DNA of 64,000 nucleotides, from NCBI GenBank assembly GCA_037139335.1, contig JBAXGO010000001.1:4503-68502 (forward strand). The letters are read 5' to 3'. The notes beneath the pieces are model-generated. The model searched no databases, was not told where the DNA came from, and worked only from the letters and a program-made list of their open reading frames with translations. Every line of letters begins with the position of its first letter. Position 1 is the stretch's first letter. The DNA comes from a bacterium. Lineage in GTDB: Bacteria > Patescibacteriota > Dojkabacteria > JAOAGR01 > JBAXGO01. Made by a program: the position numbers and the translations under genes. Positions 8,506 to 20,136 of this stretch are shown here, one piece after another.

Positions 8506-8598
8506 CTTTAGAAAACTTTAACCTAGCTGTCTTCGTACTTTATAAGCTAATATTGTAGAATTCTTGATGGCTCTTTTTACTTTAACATTGAAATTATT

Positions 8599-10527
8599 AT
8601 GGCGAAAAAACTCGATATAAAAAACGTCTTGAATAAGGATGCAAAAAAAAACAGTAATTCTGTAGGTAATAATCCCACAAAACCAATAAAGAGATCCAAA
8701 TCTGGTCTTCCTCTTAATCTTAAAAATATGAGGAATCCCAAAAAATGGTATAAGAATCCTACTTTTTGGATTTTGATAGCTATTGGCTTTTCAATAATTA
8801 TTTTCAAAACAGCTGTGGTTGAACCTCCTACAAAAACTGTAGATTATGGAGCATTTATTGCTGCTGTTAAAGATAAAAAATATACTAAAGTAACTGTTTT
8901 TGATTACAGTGCTGTCGGTACAAAAGAAGATCAAAAATCTACTGATACCGTTGGTATTCCAAATAAATCATCTTTCTCACAAAGTTTAAAAGACGCAGGT
9001 ATACCTGTTACTGAATCTGGAATTACATATGATCAGCCTGCTGCTGTAGATATTTTCCCTTTACTTGTGAATGTTGGTTTAACAATTGGTGCAATCTTAC
9101 TTTTAATTTATTTCTTATCAAAGCAGGGAGGGGCAGGTGGTGGTTCTTCTGGTATATTTGGTATGGGCGAAAGTAAGGCTCGAATGATTTATGGAAAAAA
9201 ACAAGATATTAATTTCGATTCTGTTGCTGGTATAGATGAATCTAAGGATGAATTAAAAGAAGTTGTAGATTTTCTCAAGAATCCACAAAAGTACACGCGT
9301 ATGGGCGCTAGAATCCCAAAGGGGGTGCTTCTAGTAGGGCCTCCAGGAACAGGTAAGACATTATTAGCCAGAGCTGTTTCTGGTGAAGCAGGTGTTCCTT
9401 TCTTTTTCACATCAGGTGCTGAATTTGAAGAATTATTAGTTGGTGCAGGAGCCGCACGTGTTAGAGATCTTTTTGCTAAGGCCAAAAAAGCATCTCCATC
9501 AATTATTTTTATTGATGAAATTGATGCTATGGCTCGAAAAAGAGGCTCTGTAATACAATCTACAGCAACTGAACAAACCTTAAATCAGATACTTGTTGAA
9601 ATGGATGGATTTGATAATAACACTGGAATTCTTGTTTTAGCTGCTACAAATAGAGCTGATGTATTAGATCCAGCTATATTAAGACCAGGTAGATTTGATA
9701 GAAGAGTAACTTTAGATTTGCCTGACAAAGATGCTAGAAGACAGATACTTGATGTTCATGTGAAAAATAAACCATTATCAAAAGAAATTGATTTGGACAT
9801 TATTGCCAGAAGAACTGGAGGATTTTCAGGTGCTGATATAGAAAATATGCTCAATGAGTCCGCTATTATTACAGCCAAAGAAGGCCGATCTGAAATTACA
9901 AATAAGGATATAGAAGAAGCTGTCGCCAAAATAATGGTTGGTCCTGCCAAAAAAACAATGGCTACAGATAAAGATCGAAAAATTATTGCTTATCATGAAG
10001 CTGGTCATGCTATTGTTGGATATATGACAGGAGCTGATAGAGATGTACATAGAATTACTATTATTGCCAGAGGAAGTGCCGGTGGATATACAGAATACAT
10101 CCCTCATGATGATGATAAATTGATGTCAAAAGAGAAAATGACTTCTATGATTACTAGTGTTCTTGCTGGAAATGCAACAGAAAAATTAATTTTCAATGAC
10201 ACTACGACTGGAGCTTCAGATGATTTTGAAAAGGCAACATCTATTGCAAGACGAATGATTACTAAGTATGGAATGGGTGATATTGGTCCAATGGTTTTAT
10301 CGGATGGTGATGATACATATTCTATGACATATGGAATGAGAAAGGAGTTCTCAGAAAAAATTGCTGAAGAAGTCGACAGAAATGTTCAGAGACTTCTTAA
10401 TGAATGTTATGATAATGCTACTGAACTTCTCAAAAGATATAAGGTTAAACTTGAAAGAGTTGTGCAGGTTTTGTTTGAAAAAGAAACTATTGAAGGAGAA
10501 GAATTCAAGGCTATTATGGCTGAATAA
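8599..10527 (+). CDS. ftsH: ATP-dependent zinc metalloprotease FtsH
   Basis: TM segments, AAA+ Walker A (GPPGTGKT), the SRH region and HEAGHAIVG zinc motif. Confidence 0.95.
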   Translation: MAKKLDIKNVLNKDAKKNSNSVGNNPTKPIKRSKSGLPLNLKNMRNPKKWYKNPTFWILIAIGFSIIIFKTAVVEPPTKTVDYGAFIAAVKDKKYTKVTVFDYSAVGTKEDQKSTDTVGIPNKSSFSQSLKDAGIPVTESGITYDQPAAVDIFPLLVNVGLTIGAILLLIYFLSKQGGAGGGSSGIFGMGESKARMIYGKKQDINFDSVAGIDESKDELKEVVDFLKNPQKYTRMGARIPKGVLLVGPPGTGKTLLARAVSGEAGVPFFFTSGAEFEELLVGAGAARVRDLFAKAKKASPSIIFIDEIDAMARKRGSVIQSTATEQTLNQILVEMDGFDNNTGILVLAATNRADVLDPAILRPGRFDRRVTLDLPDKDARRQILDVHVKNKPLSKEIDLDIIARRTGGFSGADIENMLNESAIITAKEGRSEITNKDIEEAVAKIMVGPAKKTMATDKDRKIIAYHEAGHAIVGYMTGADRDVHRITIIARGSAGGYTEYIPHDDDKLMSKEKMTSMITSVLAGNATEKLIFNDTTTGASDDFEKATSIARRMITKYGMGDIGPMVLSDGDDTYSMTYGMRKEFSEKIAEEVDRNVQRLLNECYDNATELLKRYKVKLERVVQVLFEKETIEGEEFKAIMAE

Positions 10528-10550
10528 TGCTTTGTTTATAAATATAATAA

Positions 10551-10581
10551 AGGCTTAGTGAAAATCTAAGCCTTTTTTTTA
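10551..10581 (+). terminator. Rho-independent terminator after ftsH
   Basis: aggcttag / ctaagcct stem followed by tttttttt. Confidence 0.7.
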
Positions 10582-10620
10582 TTAAATTATATTGTTGAAA
10601 AATATTTAGTTGTACAAGTT

Positions 10621-11064
10621 ATGAGAAAAAGAGCTACAGGAATGTTAATTCATCAGGACAAGATTTTGATGATTTATCGTAAAAGAAGGCATGAAGAATT
10701 TTATTACTTACCAGGAGGTCAAATAGAAATTGACGAGAATCCTTTTTATGCTTGTTATCGTGAAATGTATGAAGAAACTGGTGTAGTTATCAAAAATCAT
10801 AAATTAGTTTTTGAATATCATCATATTGATGAATATGAAAATCTTAATAATTATGAGTACTATTTTACTATAAATGAATTTGATGGTGAGCCTGAATTAT
10901 ATGCTAACGGGGATCATTCTGATTTAGAAGCTAAGGCAAAAATGACTGATGATAATTTTTATACATTAGAGTGGGTTGATATTATGAAAATTGATGACAT
11001 AATAATTAAGCCTCATGCCATTAAGGATAAAATTAAAGAAGAACACAGCAGATTATGTTTTTAG
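10621..11064 (+). CDS. NUDIX hydrolase
   Basis: Nudix box GGQIEIDENPFYACYREMYEETGV. Confidence 0.8.
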   Translation: MRKRATGMLIHQDKILMIYRKRRHEEFYYLPGGQIEIDENPFYACYREMYEETGVVIKNHKLVFEYHHIDEYENLNNYEYYFTINEFDGEPELYANGDHSDLEAKAKMTDDNFYTLEWVDIMKIDDIIIKPHAIKDKIKEEHSRLCF

Positions 11065-11630
11065 AAAATTATGAAGAAATTACAGATTGTATTGTTATAG
11101 ATACCGAAACCGTAACCGATGAAATAACTAGGATATCAAAAGTGTGGGAAATCGGACTACTTGTTATCAAAGATTCTCAAATTATTGAAAAAGCAGAATG
11201 GTTGATTTCTCCAGATGCTAAATTTGAAAAACTTGATATTTGGTATCCAGAAGATCACATCTCTATTGAACAAATTAAAGCCAGTCCGAAGTTTATTGAT
11301 TTATATATTGAGTTTGAAAAATATCTACATCCTGATTTTGTAATCTGTGGGCATAATATTGATTACGATATTCGTATGATAAATCAAGAATTAGTAAAAA
11401 TAAAAAAACCATTAATTGGCAAACAAAAAGTTGATACTATCCGTATGGCCAGATTGGTGCATCCTGAATGGACGCATTATAAGCTTGATAATTTATCAGC
11501 TGAATATGGTTTGGAAATTGAAAATAGACATCGTGCCCTAGATGATGCCCATGCTACTGCGTTAGCTTTTCTTAAGATGAAAGAAAAAATAATCAATAAA
11601 GCTGAAGCTGAAAATACTGGACTCTTTTAG
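11055..11630 (+). CDS. DEDDh-family 3'-5' exonuclease (DnaQ/epsilon-like)
   Basis: Exo I motif IVIDTETV, Exo II motif GHNIDYDIRM and Exo III motif HRALDDAHAT. Confidence 0.8.
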   Translation: MFLENYEEITDCIVIDTETVTDEITRISKVWEIGLLVIKDSQIIEKAEWLISPDAKFEKLDIWYPEDHISIEQIKASPKFIDLYIEFEKYLHPDFVICGHNIDYDIRMINQELVKIKKPLIGKQKVDTIRMARLVHPEWTHYKLDNLSAEYGLEIENRHRALDDAHATALAFLKMKEKIINKAEAENTGLF

Positions 11631-11847
11631 TTAAAAGTTAGGAATTGAAAATTGAAAGTTACGAGTTAAAAGTTTGTAATGGTGTCCTCCGGATTTGTCA
11701 TCTCGAATGAAATGAGAGATCCTGTTGAATGAATTTATCGCCAAGTTACTGCTAATCCGTATGACGTAGAACCCAACATTTTATAATTAATCTACTTACT
11801 TTTAATTCTTAACTTTTAATCTATAATTGACACAATGAATAAAATAT

Positions 11848-14445
11848 ATGAAAGAAAAATTAGTACTAATTGATTCAATGGCTCTTATACATAGAGCGTT
11901 TCATGCATATCCAGGACTGACAACTACAGATGGTGTCTTAGTTAATTCCGTTTATGGCTTCGGAGTTATGTTTCTTCAAATATTAAAAAATATTAAACCA
12001 GAACATGTCGTATTTACATCAGATTTAAAAGAAAAAACCGTTAGACATGACAAATATGAAGACTATAAAGCGAATCGTGCGCCTATGGATGAAGGTTTGG
12101 TTAGTCAACTTGAAATAGTCTATGATTTTATTAGATCTACCGGCTTACCTTTGTTTACGAAAAATGGCTATGAAGCTGATGATATTATTGCATCACTAGC
12201 CACGAAATATTCCAATGATTATGATGTCAGAATTGTAACAGGAGATAAAGATCTTCTTCAAATATTAAGTGATGACATTAAGGTCGTTCTTCCAGGAAAA
12301 TCTTTTTCGGATATGAAAATATATACACCAGAAATTTTTAAAGAAAGATTTGGATTTGATTCTATTAATTATATTTATTATAAGGCTTTGCTCGGTGACG
12401 CTGGTGATAATATTAAGGGAGCTAAGGGTATCGGAGAAAAAACAGCGACGGATCTCATCAAAGAATACTATACCCTAGGGGGTATATATGAAAATCTTGA
12501 TAAGATTAAAGAAAGATATCAAAAAATACTAAATGAATATAAGGATCATGTATTTGAAAATATAGAACTAGTTGAAGTTCACAAAGATTTAGATTTGGAA
12601 ATAAATGAAGATCAATCTCGTGTTCAAAATTTTGACTTAAAATCTACAATTGATTTCTTTAAAAAATATGAATTTAATTCTTTAATTACTCAAATTCAAA
12701 AACTTGGATTAAAAATTGATAATAGTATTGTAATAGAAGAAAAAAATAAAATTATTTTTACTTTAAACGATGATAAAAAAAATGAATATGTTAATTTTAT
12801 AAAATATAAGGAGAAATATATTTGCTTTGATGATAATTATAATTACCAAATTTCAAATGATATTCCATCTTCGGGAATTACGTTTAATCTGAAAACTTTT
12901 TTGAAAAAAAAAATGTTGCAAGAAAATAATGCAACATCTTTTGATGGCTTATTTAATGATGTTGTTGAAAATAAAATTGATAATAATCTAGAGACAATAA
13001 AAGATAGAATTTCCAAATATGATGATTTGCAGATAATGGCTTATTGTATGGATACTTCTTTCTGTGAAGATTATGTGGTCAAGTTGTATAAAAAAATATT
13101 TCATAAAAATATTGATGATGCGTTTGAAGTATCTGGCGAAAATATCGATAACCAAATTTTACTATCAATCCTGGCTTTTATTGAAATAAAAAAGAAAGTA
13201 AAAAAAGAAATTGGTGAAAAAGAACTTAATGTGTACAAAAATATTGATCTTCCGCTAGTGCCAATTATAGCGGAAATGGAGGATGTTGGTATGAAAGTTG
13301 ATGTAGATTATATTAAGAGTCTTCAAACACAGTTTGATGTCAAAATTAATGAATTAAAGAAAAAAATATTCGAAACTATTGGTCACGAATTTAATCCAAA
13401 TTCAACTAAGGAACTTTCTCATGTTTTATTTGAGGAACTTGGTCTTCCAAAAATGAAAAAAATAAAGACTGGTTTTTCTACAAACGAAAGAACAATAAGC
13501 AAATTGATAGGTGTGCATCCCATTATTGAATTGATTTTAGAATATCGTGAATATACTAAGTTACAAAGTACATATGTGATAGGTCTGCAAAAATTAATTG
13601 TTGATGGGAAAATACATACAGAGCTTAAGCAGGCCGTTGTTGCTACTGGTCGTTTATCTTCTGTTAATCCGAATTTACAGAATATTCCTACTCGAAGTGC
13701 TATTGGTGAGCAAATAAGAAAAGTTTTTATCGCGGACCATAGTTGTCTTTTGTTATCTATGGATTATTCTCAGATCGAATTGCGTTTGATGGCTCATATT
13801 AGTGGTGATGAAAAATTTATTGAAGCATTTAAAGATGCTAAAGATATTCACACGAATACTGCGTCATTAATGTTTAATGTTGCTGAAGAAGATGTTAGTT
13901 CAGAGCAGAGAAGAGTAGCTAAAATGATTAATTTTGGGATCATATACGGCATATCCGACTTTGGACTTTCTGATCGGCTTGGTAATATTGATGTGAAAAC
14001 AGCAAAAGAATTTATACAAAAATATTTTGAAAGATATCCAATGGTTGAGGAGTATTTTGAAAAAATAAAAAAAGAAGTTAAAGAAAATGGCTATGTAGAA
14101 ACGATATTCGGTAGACGAAGATATTTTAATATTGAAGCTGGAAATTACATGGTTAAACAGGCTATGTATCGAGAGGCTATAAATATGCCTATTCAAGGAG
14201 CAGATGCTGATATTGTAAAAATGGCAATGATAAAAGTTCAAGATCTTATTAATAAAAAATATTTGGGCAAAGTTCAAATGTTGCTTCAGATTCACGATGA
14301 ACTTCTTTTTCAAATTGTTGATGATGAAAAAATTAAAAATGATTTTGAATCTGAGGCAAAACAAATTATGGAAAGTATTGTTGAATTGAAAGTCCCGATG
14401 ATAGTTAATATCAAGTCTGGTATAAATTGGGGCGAAATGAAGTAA
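11848..14445 (+). CDS. polA: DNA polymerase I
   Basis: N-terminal 5'-3' exonuclease domain. Polymerase motifs A and B (RRVAKMINFGIIYGIS) and motif C (LLQIHDELLF). Confidence 0.95.
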   Translation: MKEKLVLIDSMALIHRAFHAYPGLTTTDGVLVNSVYGFGVMFLQILKNIKPEHVVFTSDLKEKTVRHDKYEDYKANRAPMDEGLVSQLEIVYDFIRSTGLPLFTKNGYEADDIIASLATKYSNDYDVRIVTGDKDLLQILSDDIKVVLPGKSFSDMKIYTPEIFKERFGFDSINYIYYKALLGDAGDNIKGAKGIGEKTATDLIKEYYTLGGIYENLDKIKERYQKILNEYKDHVFENIELVEVHKDLDLEINEDQSRVQNFDLKSTIDFFKKYEFNSLITQIQKLGLKIDNSIVIEEKNKIIFTLNDDKKNEYVNFIKYKEKYICFDDNYNYQISNDIPSSGITFNLKTFLKKKMLQENNATSFDGLFNDVVENKIDNNLETIKDRISKYDDLQIMAYCMDTSFCEDYVVKLYKKIFHKNIDDAFEVSGENIDNQILLSILAFIEIKKKVKKEIGEKELNVYKNIDLPLVPIIAEMEDVGMKVDVDYIKSLQTQFDVKINELKKKIFETIGHEFNPNSTKELSHVLFEELGLPKMKKIKTGFSTNERTISKLIGVHPIIELILEYREYTKLQSTYVIGLQKLIVDGKIHTELKQAVVATGRLSSVNPNLQNIPTRSAIGEQIRKVFIADHSCLLLSMDYSQIELRLMAHISGDEKFIEAFKDAKDIHTNTASLMFNVAEEDVSSEQRRVAKMINFGIIYGISDFGLSDRLGNIDVKTAKEFIQKYFERYPMVEEYFEKIKKEVKENGYVETIFGRRRYFNIEAGNYMVKQAMYREAINMPIQGADADIVKMAMIKVQDLINKKYLGKVQMLLQIHDELLFQIVDDEKIKNDFESEAKQIMESIVELKVPMIVNIKSGINWGEMK

Positions 14446-14491
14446 ATCTTTTTCATCGGTGTGTAAGAATAAGTTGGTGGTAATTAATTAA

Positions 14492-14518
14492 CTCTCGTAT
14501 AAAACCGAGAGTTTTTTT
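14492..14518 (+). terminator. Rho-independent terminator after polA
   Basis: ctctcg-tataaaac-cgagag followed by ttttttt. Confidence 0.75.
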
Positions 14519-14871
14519 GCTATATTTTTGTGATTGGAAGTATTTTTAGAATACTTGTTAATATACGGAATAGTTTTTTCTCCTTGGTTCTTAGTATTTT
14601 GAATCCGTTTAGAAATACACAATCACTTTCTCTGCTTAAAAGCTAAGTTTAGAAATTCTAAATATATTTGTTTAATAAAACACTTGGTTGTTGCAATTAA
14701 ATAAACAAATTTTCCTTATCCTAAAAAATCCAAGTAGTCTCCAAGTTTATTCACTAATCTATCCACTAATAAAAAAGCATGTTACGCAAAAGGCGGTGTC
14801 GATATAAGGCGACAAGCAATCCTGTCTGTAAAAAAGACAACTCTTTACTTTTATAAAATCTATAGTCTTGA

Positions 14872-14880
14872 TGGTATAAT
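14872..14880 (+). promoter_or_regulatory. Extended -10 promoter (TGgTATAAT) placing the transcription start at or next to the mnmA ATG (leaderless)
   Basis: A perfect TGnTATAAT ends 8 nt before the first ATG (14889). There is no room for a Shine-Dalgarno sequence. Confidence 0.45.
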
Positions 14881-14888
14881 TAGTGCTT

Positions 14889-16001
14889 ATGGAAAAAACA
14901 TTTTTAAAACACAAAATAGTTGTTGGTATGTCTGGAGGAGTCGATAGCTCTGTGGCGGCAGTTCTTCTGAAAGAGGAGGGTTATGATGTTATTGGTGTTC
15001 ACATGAAATATTGGTCCGAAAAAGACGAATTCGAGCTTTGTGATACTGGTATTGTCAATAATGATCCATCGAAGGCAAATGCATGTTGTTCGATTGATTC
15101 GCTTGAGGATGCTCGTCGTGTATGCGCGAAATTGGAAATCCCATTGTATGTTGTGGATTTGAAGGGTGAATTCAAAAAGAAAATTGTAGATACTTATATT
15201 GAAGATTTGAAAATTGGTTTGACGCCTAATGCGTGTGTTATTTGTAATAGAGATGTTAAGTTCGGGCTTCTGATGGATTATGCTGAGTCTATTGGGGCGG
15301 AATATGTTGCCACTGGTCATTATGCTCAAATTTATAACGATGAAAAAATTGATCGGTATGTTTTGAAAAAGGCTGTAGATGAAAACAAAGACCAGTCCTA
15401 TTTTTTATCGCTGTTATCACAAAAACAACTTTCGAAGATTAAATTGCCTTTAGGTACATTAACAAAAGATAAAGTTAGGGAAATTGCATCGCAGTATGGT
15501 TTGGTAAATTCGAAAAGAAGAGATAGTCAGGATTTATGCTTTATTGCTAATGATTATAAGACTTTCGTGCAAAAATATGCACCTAGTAAATCTGGAGATA
15601 TTATTTTGAAAGAAAGTGGTAAAAAAATTGGAACTCATGATGGGTTATCTCTCTATACAATTGGACAGAGGAAGGGCCTTTCTACGATTATAAATAAACC
15701 ATTATATGTGAGCTTTAAAGATTATGGTAATAATGTATTAGTGGTTGATTATAATGCAGTTAATGACAATACAAAGGTTATTTTAAAAGATTTTAACTGG
15801 ATAAAAATTCCGAATAAGAACACAAAATTAAATTTTGTTGGACGTTATCAAGGAATCGGTCGAGTAGTTGATTCGATAACTCATGATGGTTATGATGTTG
15901 TGGTGGGTTTCAACGACTCTGGTGTCAAATTTTCAGCTGGGCAGATCGGAGCGTTGTATGAAGGAGATATTTTAATCGGGGCTGGAAAAATAATAGACTG
16001 A
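14889..16001 (+). CDS. mnmA: tRNA-specific 2-thiouridylase MnmA
   Basis: PP-loop motif VVGMSGGVDSSVAA and conserved catalytic Cys residues. Confidence 0.9.
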   Translation: MEKTFLKHKIVVGMSGGVDSSVAAVLLKEEGYDVIGVHMKYWSEKDEFELCDTGIVNNDPSKANACCSIDSLEDARRVCAKLEIPLYVVDLKGEFKKKIVDTYIEDLKIGLTPNACVICNRDVKFGLLMDYAESIGAEYVATGHYAQIYNDEKIDRYVLKKAVDENKDQSYFLSLLSQKQLSKIKLPLGTLTKDKVREIASQYGLVNSKRRDSQDLCFIANDYKTFVQKYAPSKSGDIILKESGKKIGTHDGLSLYTIGQRKGLSTIINKPLYVSFKDYGNNVLVVDYNAVNDNTKVILKDFNWIKIPNKNTKLNFVGRYQGIGRVVDSITHDGYDVVVGFNDSGVKFSAGQIGALYEGDILIGAGKIID

Positions 16002-16003
16002 AA

Positions 16004-16690
16004 ATGTTTGGATTTTTTGGGCGAGGTGAAAAACTGAAAGATGAAGCTCGTACAAAAGTAGCTCCAGAGCTATTAATGTCTGTTTTTGATTCATTTATGA
16101 TTAAGTATGGTGAGGATCCGAATTCTTTTCCAAAGAGTACTTTTGCGCGACTGGATATAGAAATAAAAAATAGTATACGCACTGCTTTTGCCTCGTCTTA
16201 CACTTCTTTTTCTCAAGCTAGTGTCTTTTTGAAACATATGCATTGTGGTTCTGATGGCTTATATCCGTTTGGCTTTAATATTGATCGGACTGGGTTTCCT
16301 TTTCAAAAATTAACTTCCAATCAAGTTGTCATGATCATGGCGAATGTAGATCCGCCGTACAATACTATAGACGGGAAAACGGAATCGAATTCCATTATTG
16401 GCTTTTTTGGCGTTAAAGGAAAAGAACTTTTTTATCTAAGTAGTGCTGGAGGGGGTAGATTTAGTAAGGAATTTGCTCACTCTAGATCGGGCTATGATTA
16501 TATGATTAAGTCAAGTGGTGAAAAAAATATATTTTGGTGGTTGAAGGATGATGATGGTGGTGAAGTTGATGAAACAAATAGTCGTGTATTGAGTAGTGTG
16601 CGTTTATATGTCTTTGAAGTAGGGGGCGATGGTGCTCGCAGTGGCGTTGAAAAACATGCAAGGTTTTCGATGCAATCCTCTCGACTTTAG
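16004..16690 (+). CDS. Hypothetical protein, translationally coupled to mnmA
   Basis: Its ATG lies 2 nt after the mnmA TGA. It has a 228-aa ORF with no recognisable motif, and the block looks locally GC-richer. Confidence 0.5.
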   Translation: MFGFFGRGEKLKDEARTKVAPELLMSVFDSFMIKYGEDPNSFPKSTFARLDIEIKNSIRTAFASSYTSFSQASVFLKHMHCGSDGLYPFGFNIDRTGFPFQKLTSNQVVMIMANVDPPYNTIDGKTESNSIIGFFGVKGKELFYLSSAGGGRFSKEFAHSRSGYDYMIKSSGEKNIFWWLKDDDGGEVDETNSRVLSSVRLYVFEVGGDGARSGVEKHARFSMQSSRL

Positions 16691-16860
16691 GATTTTTTTA
16701 ATAAAATTTATATTACTTTTGTGCTAAAAAACCCATCAAATTTGATTAAAAAAGGCTATAGAATTTTATAAAAACTGTTATTATTTTATTACGAAAGGAT
16801 AAAATAAATATTAATTTTTTTTAATGCTGATTTGTTCATTATTTATGCGGTATTAGGGTG

Positions 16861-16889
16861 TTGACAATAGTATTTCAAACTGATATTAT
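16861..16889 (+). promoter_or_regulatory. Consensus sigma70 promoter (TTGACA-17-TATTAT) for the 16S rRNA transcript
   Basis: ttgaca, a 17-nt spacer and tattat lie about 140 nt upstream of the 16S 5' end. Confidence 0.6.
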
Positions 16890-17028
16890 CACGATGCTTT
16901 ATCAAAACTAAAGCGTTTTTCAATAAGGTTTTCTGATTGAAATCCCAAATGATCATTAACAATCTACAAGTGGTAAGAGTGCAATTTGAAACATAATTGC
17001 AAAAATATTTTTTCGTCAATTTATACTA

Positions 17029-18603
<1,575 letters not shown>

Positions 18604-18880
18604 TTAAAGGAGCTTTGAATCAGATCACACTGATTCATCAAAAATTTATAAAATACATTGTAATTCGATTGAAAAAATACTCTTACCGCTTGTAGGCAGT
18701 TAATGATCTTTTTTCTTTTTCAAAGTTAAAAAGTTCATAAGTTAAATAGGTTAGTATGTTATTGTTACCCTGAGCTTGTCAAACCAACACCATGACAACT
18801 ATTTTTGTTAAATTTTCTTCACTAGTTTTTTCTTCCTAAACGCATTACCATTTACTCTTAACTTTTAATTCTTAACTGAT

Positions 18881-19222
18881 ATGCAGGTAATACTAAAAAG
18901 TGACTCCGTTGAGTACCATAATGCATCTTCATGTACAGCGATAGAATATCCATCAAATGAAAAAGATATTAATATTGCGGGAATTATTATAAACGGCCGT
19001 TATCCCGAAACTGGTCTTGCTTATAACAAGGTTTGTAAGCTCATGGCTTATGTAGTAAAAGGTAGTGGAAAACTTGTCGTAGAAAGCCTAGAGGTTGTCT
19101 TAAATATAGGTGATGTCGTTACTATTAATCCAATGGAAAAGTACTACTGGGAAGGCTCTATGGAGCTAATAATGCCAAGTGTACCAGCATGGACACCAGA
19201 TCAATATATACATGAGGAATAA
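18881..19222 (+). CDS. Small cupin-fold protein (no metal-binding His motif)
   Basis: 113 aa with a beta-barrel-like pattern (GDVVTINP...). It lies between 16S and tRNA-Ile. Confidence 0.4.
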   Translation: MQVILKSDSVEYHNASSCTAIEYPSNEKDINIAGIIINGRYPETGLAYNKVCKLMAYVVKGSGKLVVESLEVVLNIGDVVTINPMEKYYWEGSMELIMPSVPAWTPDQYIHEE

Positions 19223-19410
19223 ATCTTGAATATTAGATCGATAAAAGATAAATTCCGTGAAATTTAAATGATTTTTATGGCTGAATTATTTACGCGTGAG
19301 TTATACGAAAAGATTAGTGATAATTCACATTATGTTTATGTAACTATACAAAAACGAGAATCCGAAGATGAGCAACCGAAAATCATGTTTTAGAGTTTAA
19401 TTTTGGAGCT

Positions 19411-19734
19411 ATGCTTGGAGATAGATCTAAAATAATAATTAAGTCGTTATCAGAGTTGTTAAAACAAGGATATGCTGAAATTAGTAGAGGAGATCTTTTA
19501 TTCGAAAGACCTAAACAGGGTGAGGAAATAATTCAAAATGGTGATTCTTTTTTGAGAACACATTTCATTACGGTCACTGGAAATGAAAGCGGTTCAGTAG
19601 TTGAAAATGGGCGTAGAGCAACTTGTATGGCAATTCAAAATATTGTTGGAGATAATGTTGGTGTTGTAGGAAAAATTGGTTTTGAATCTCGTGTTGTTTA
19701 CGATACACAAAAAATACCTATAATTAAGCCTTAG
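19411..19734 (+). CDS. Hypothetical protein
   Basis: 107-aa ORF between 16S and tRNA-Ile with no motif recognised. Confidence 0.35.
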   Translation: MLGDRSKIIIKSLSELLKQGYAEISRGDLLFERPKQGEEIIQNGDSFLRTHFITVTGNESGSVVENGRRATCMAIQNIVGDNVGVVGKIGFESRVVYDTQKIPIIKP

Positions 19735-19900
19735 AATATTGTTTAATAGTTATTGATAATTATCAGCTTTACTGGTAACATTCTTTTGCTGTTTTTCAAA
19801 ACGGTTCTTTCTTTTTTGTAATATTTAGGAACTGTATTTAGGAAGACATAGATTGAGTTTATAGTATTCGTTATTGGCGGTTGCAGAAAGATATGGTTAC

Positions 19901-19977
19901 GGGCGATTAGCTCAGCTGGTTAGAGCGCAGTCCTGATAAGACTGAGGTCCTTGGTTCGAGTCCAAGACCGCCCACCA
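19901..19977 (+). tRNA. tRNA-Ile (GAU)
   Basis: Cloverleaf with anticodon loop ctGATaa and a TTCGAGT T-loop. CCA is encoded. Confidence 0.9.
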
Positions 19978-20055
19978 TTTGTCAGTTAACAGTTTAAAAT
20001 TAAAAATTAAGAGTTTTGGCACAGTATTCAGAAAAACAACTTTTAATTGATTTTG

Positions 20056-20131
20056 GGGCCCTTAGCTTAGCTGGTAGAGCGCCTCGTTTGCAACGAGGAG
20101 GTCAGGAGTTCGAATCTCCTAGGGTCCACCA
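20056..20131 (+). tRNA. tRNA-Ala (UGC)
   Basis: Anticodon loop ttTGCaa and the G3:U70 identity pair. CCA is encoded. Confidence 0.9.
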
Positions 20132-20136
20132 TAAAG

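Noticed and set aside
13900-14364. 154-aa minus-strand ORF antisense to polA, and similar antisense ORFs within ftsH, clpC, rho, PBP2 and rpsB
   Set aside because: They are entirely antisense to well-supported conserved genes with low-complexity translations, which is typical AT-rich shadow ORF behaviour.
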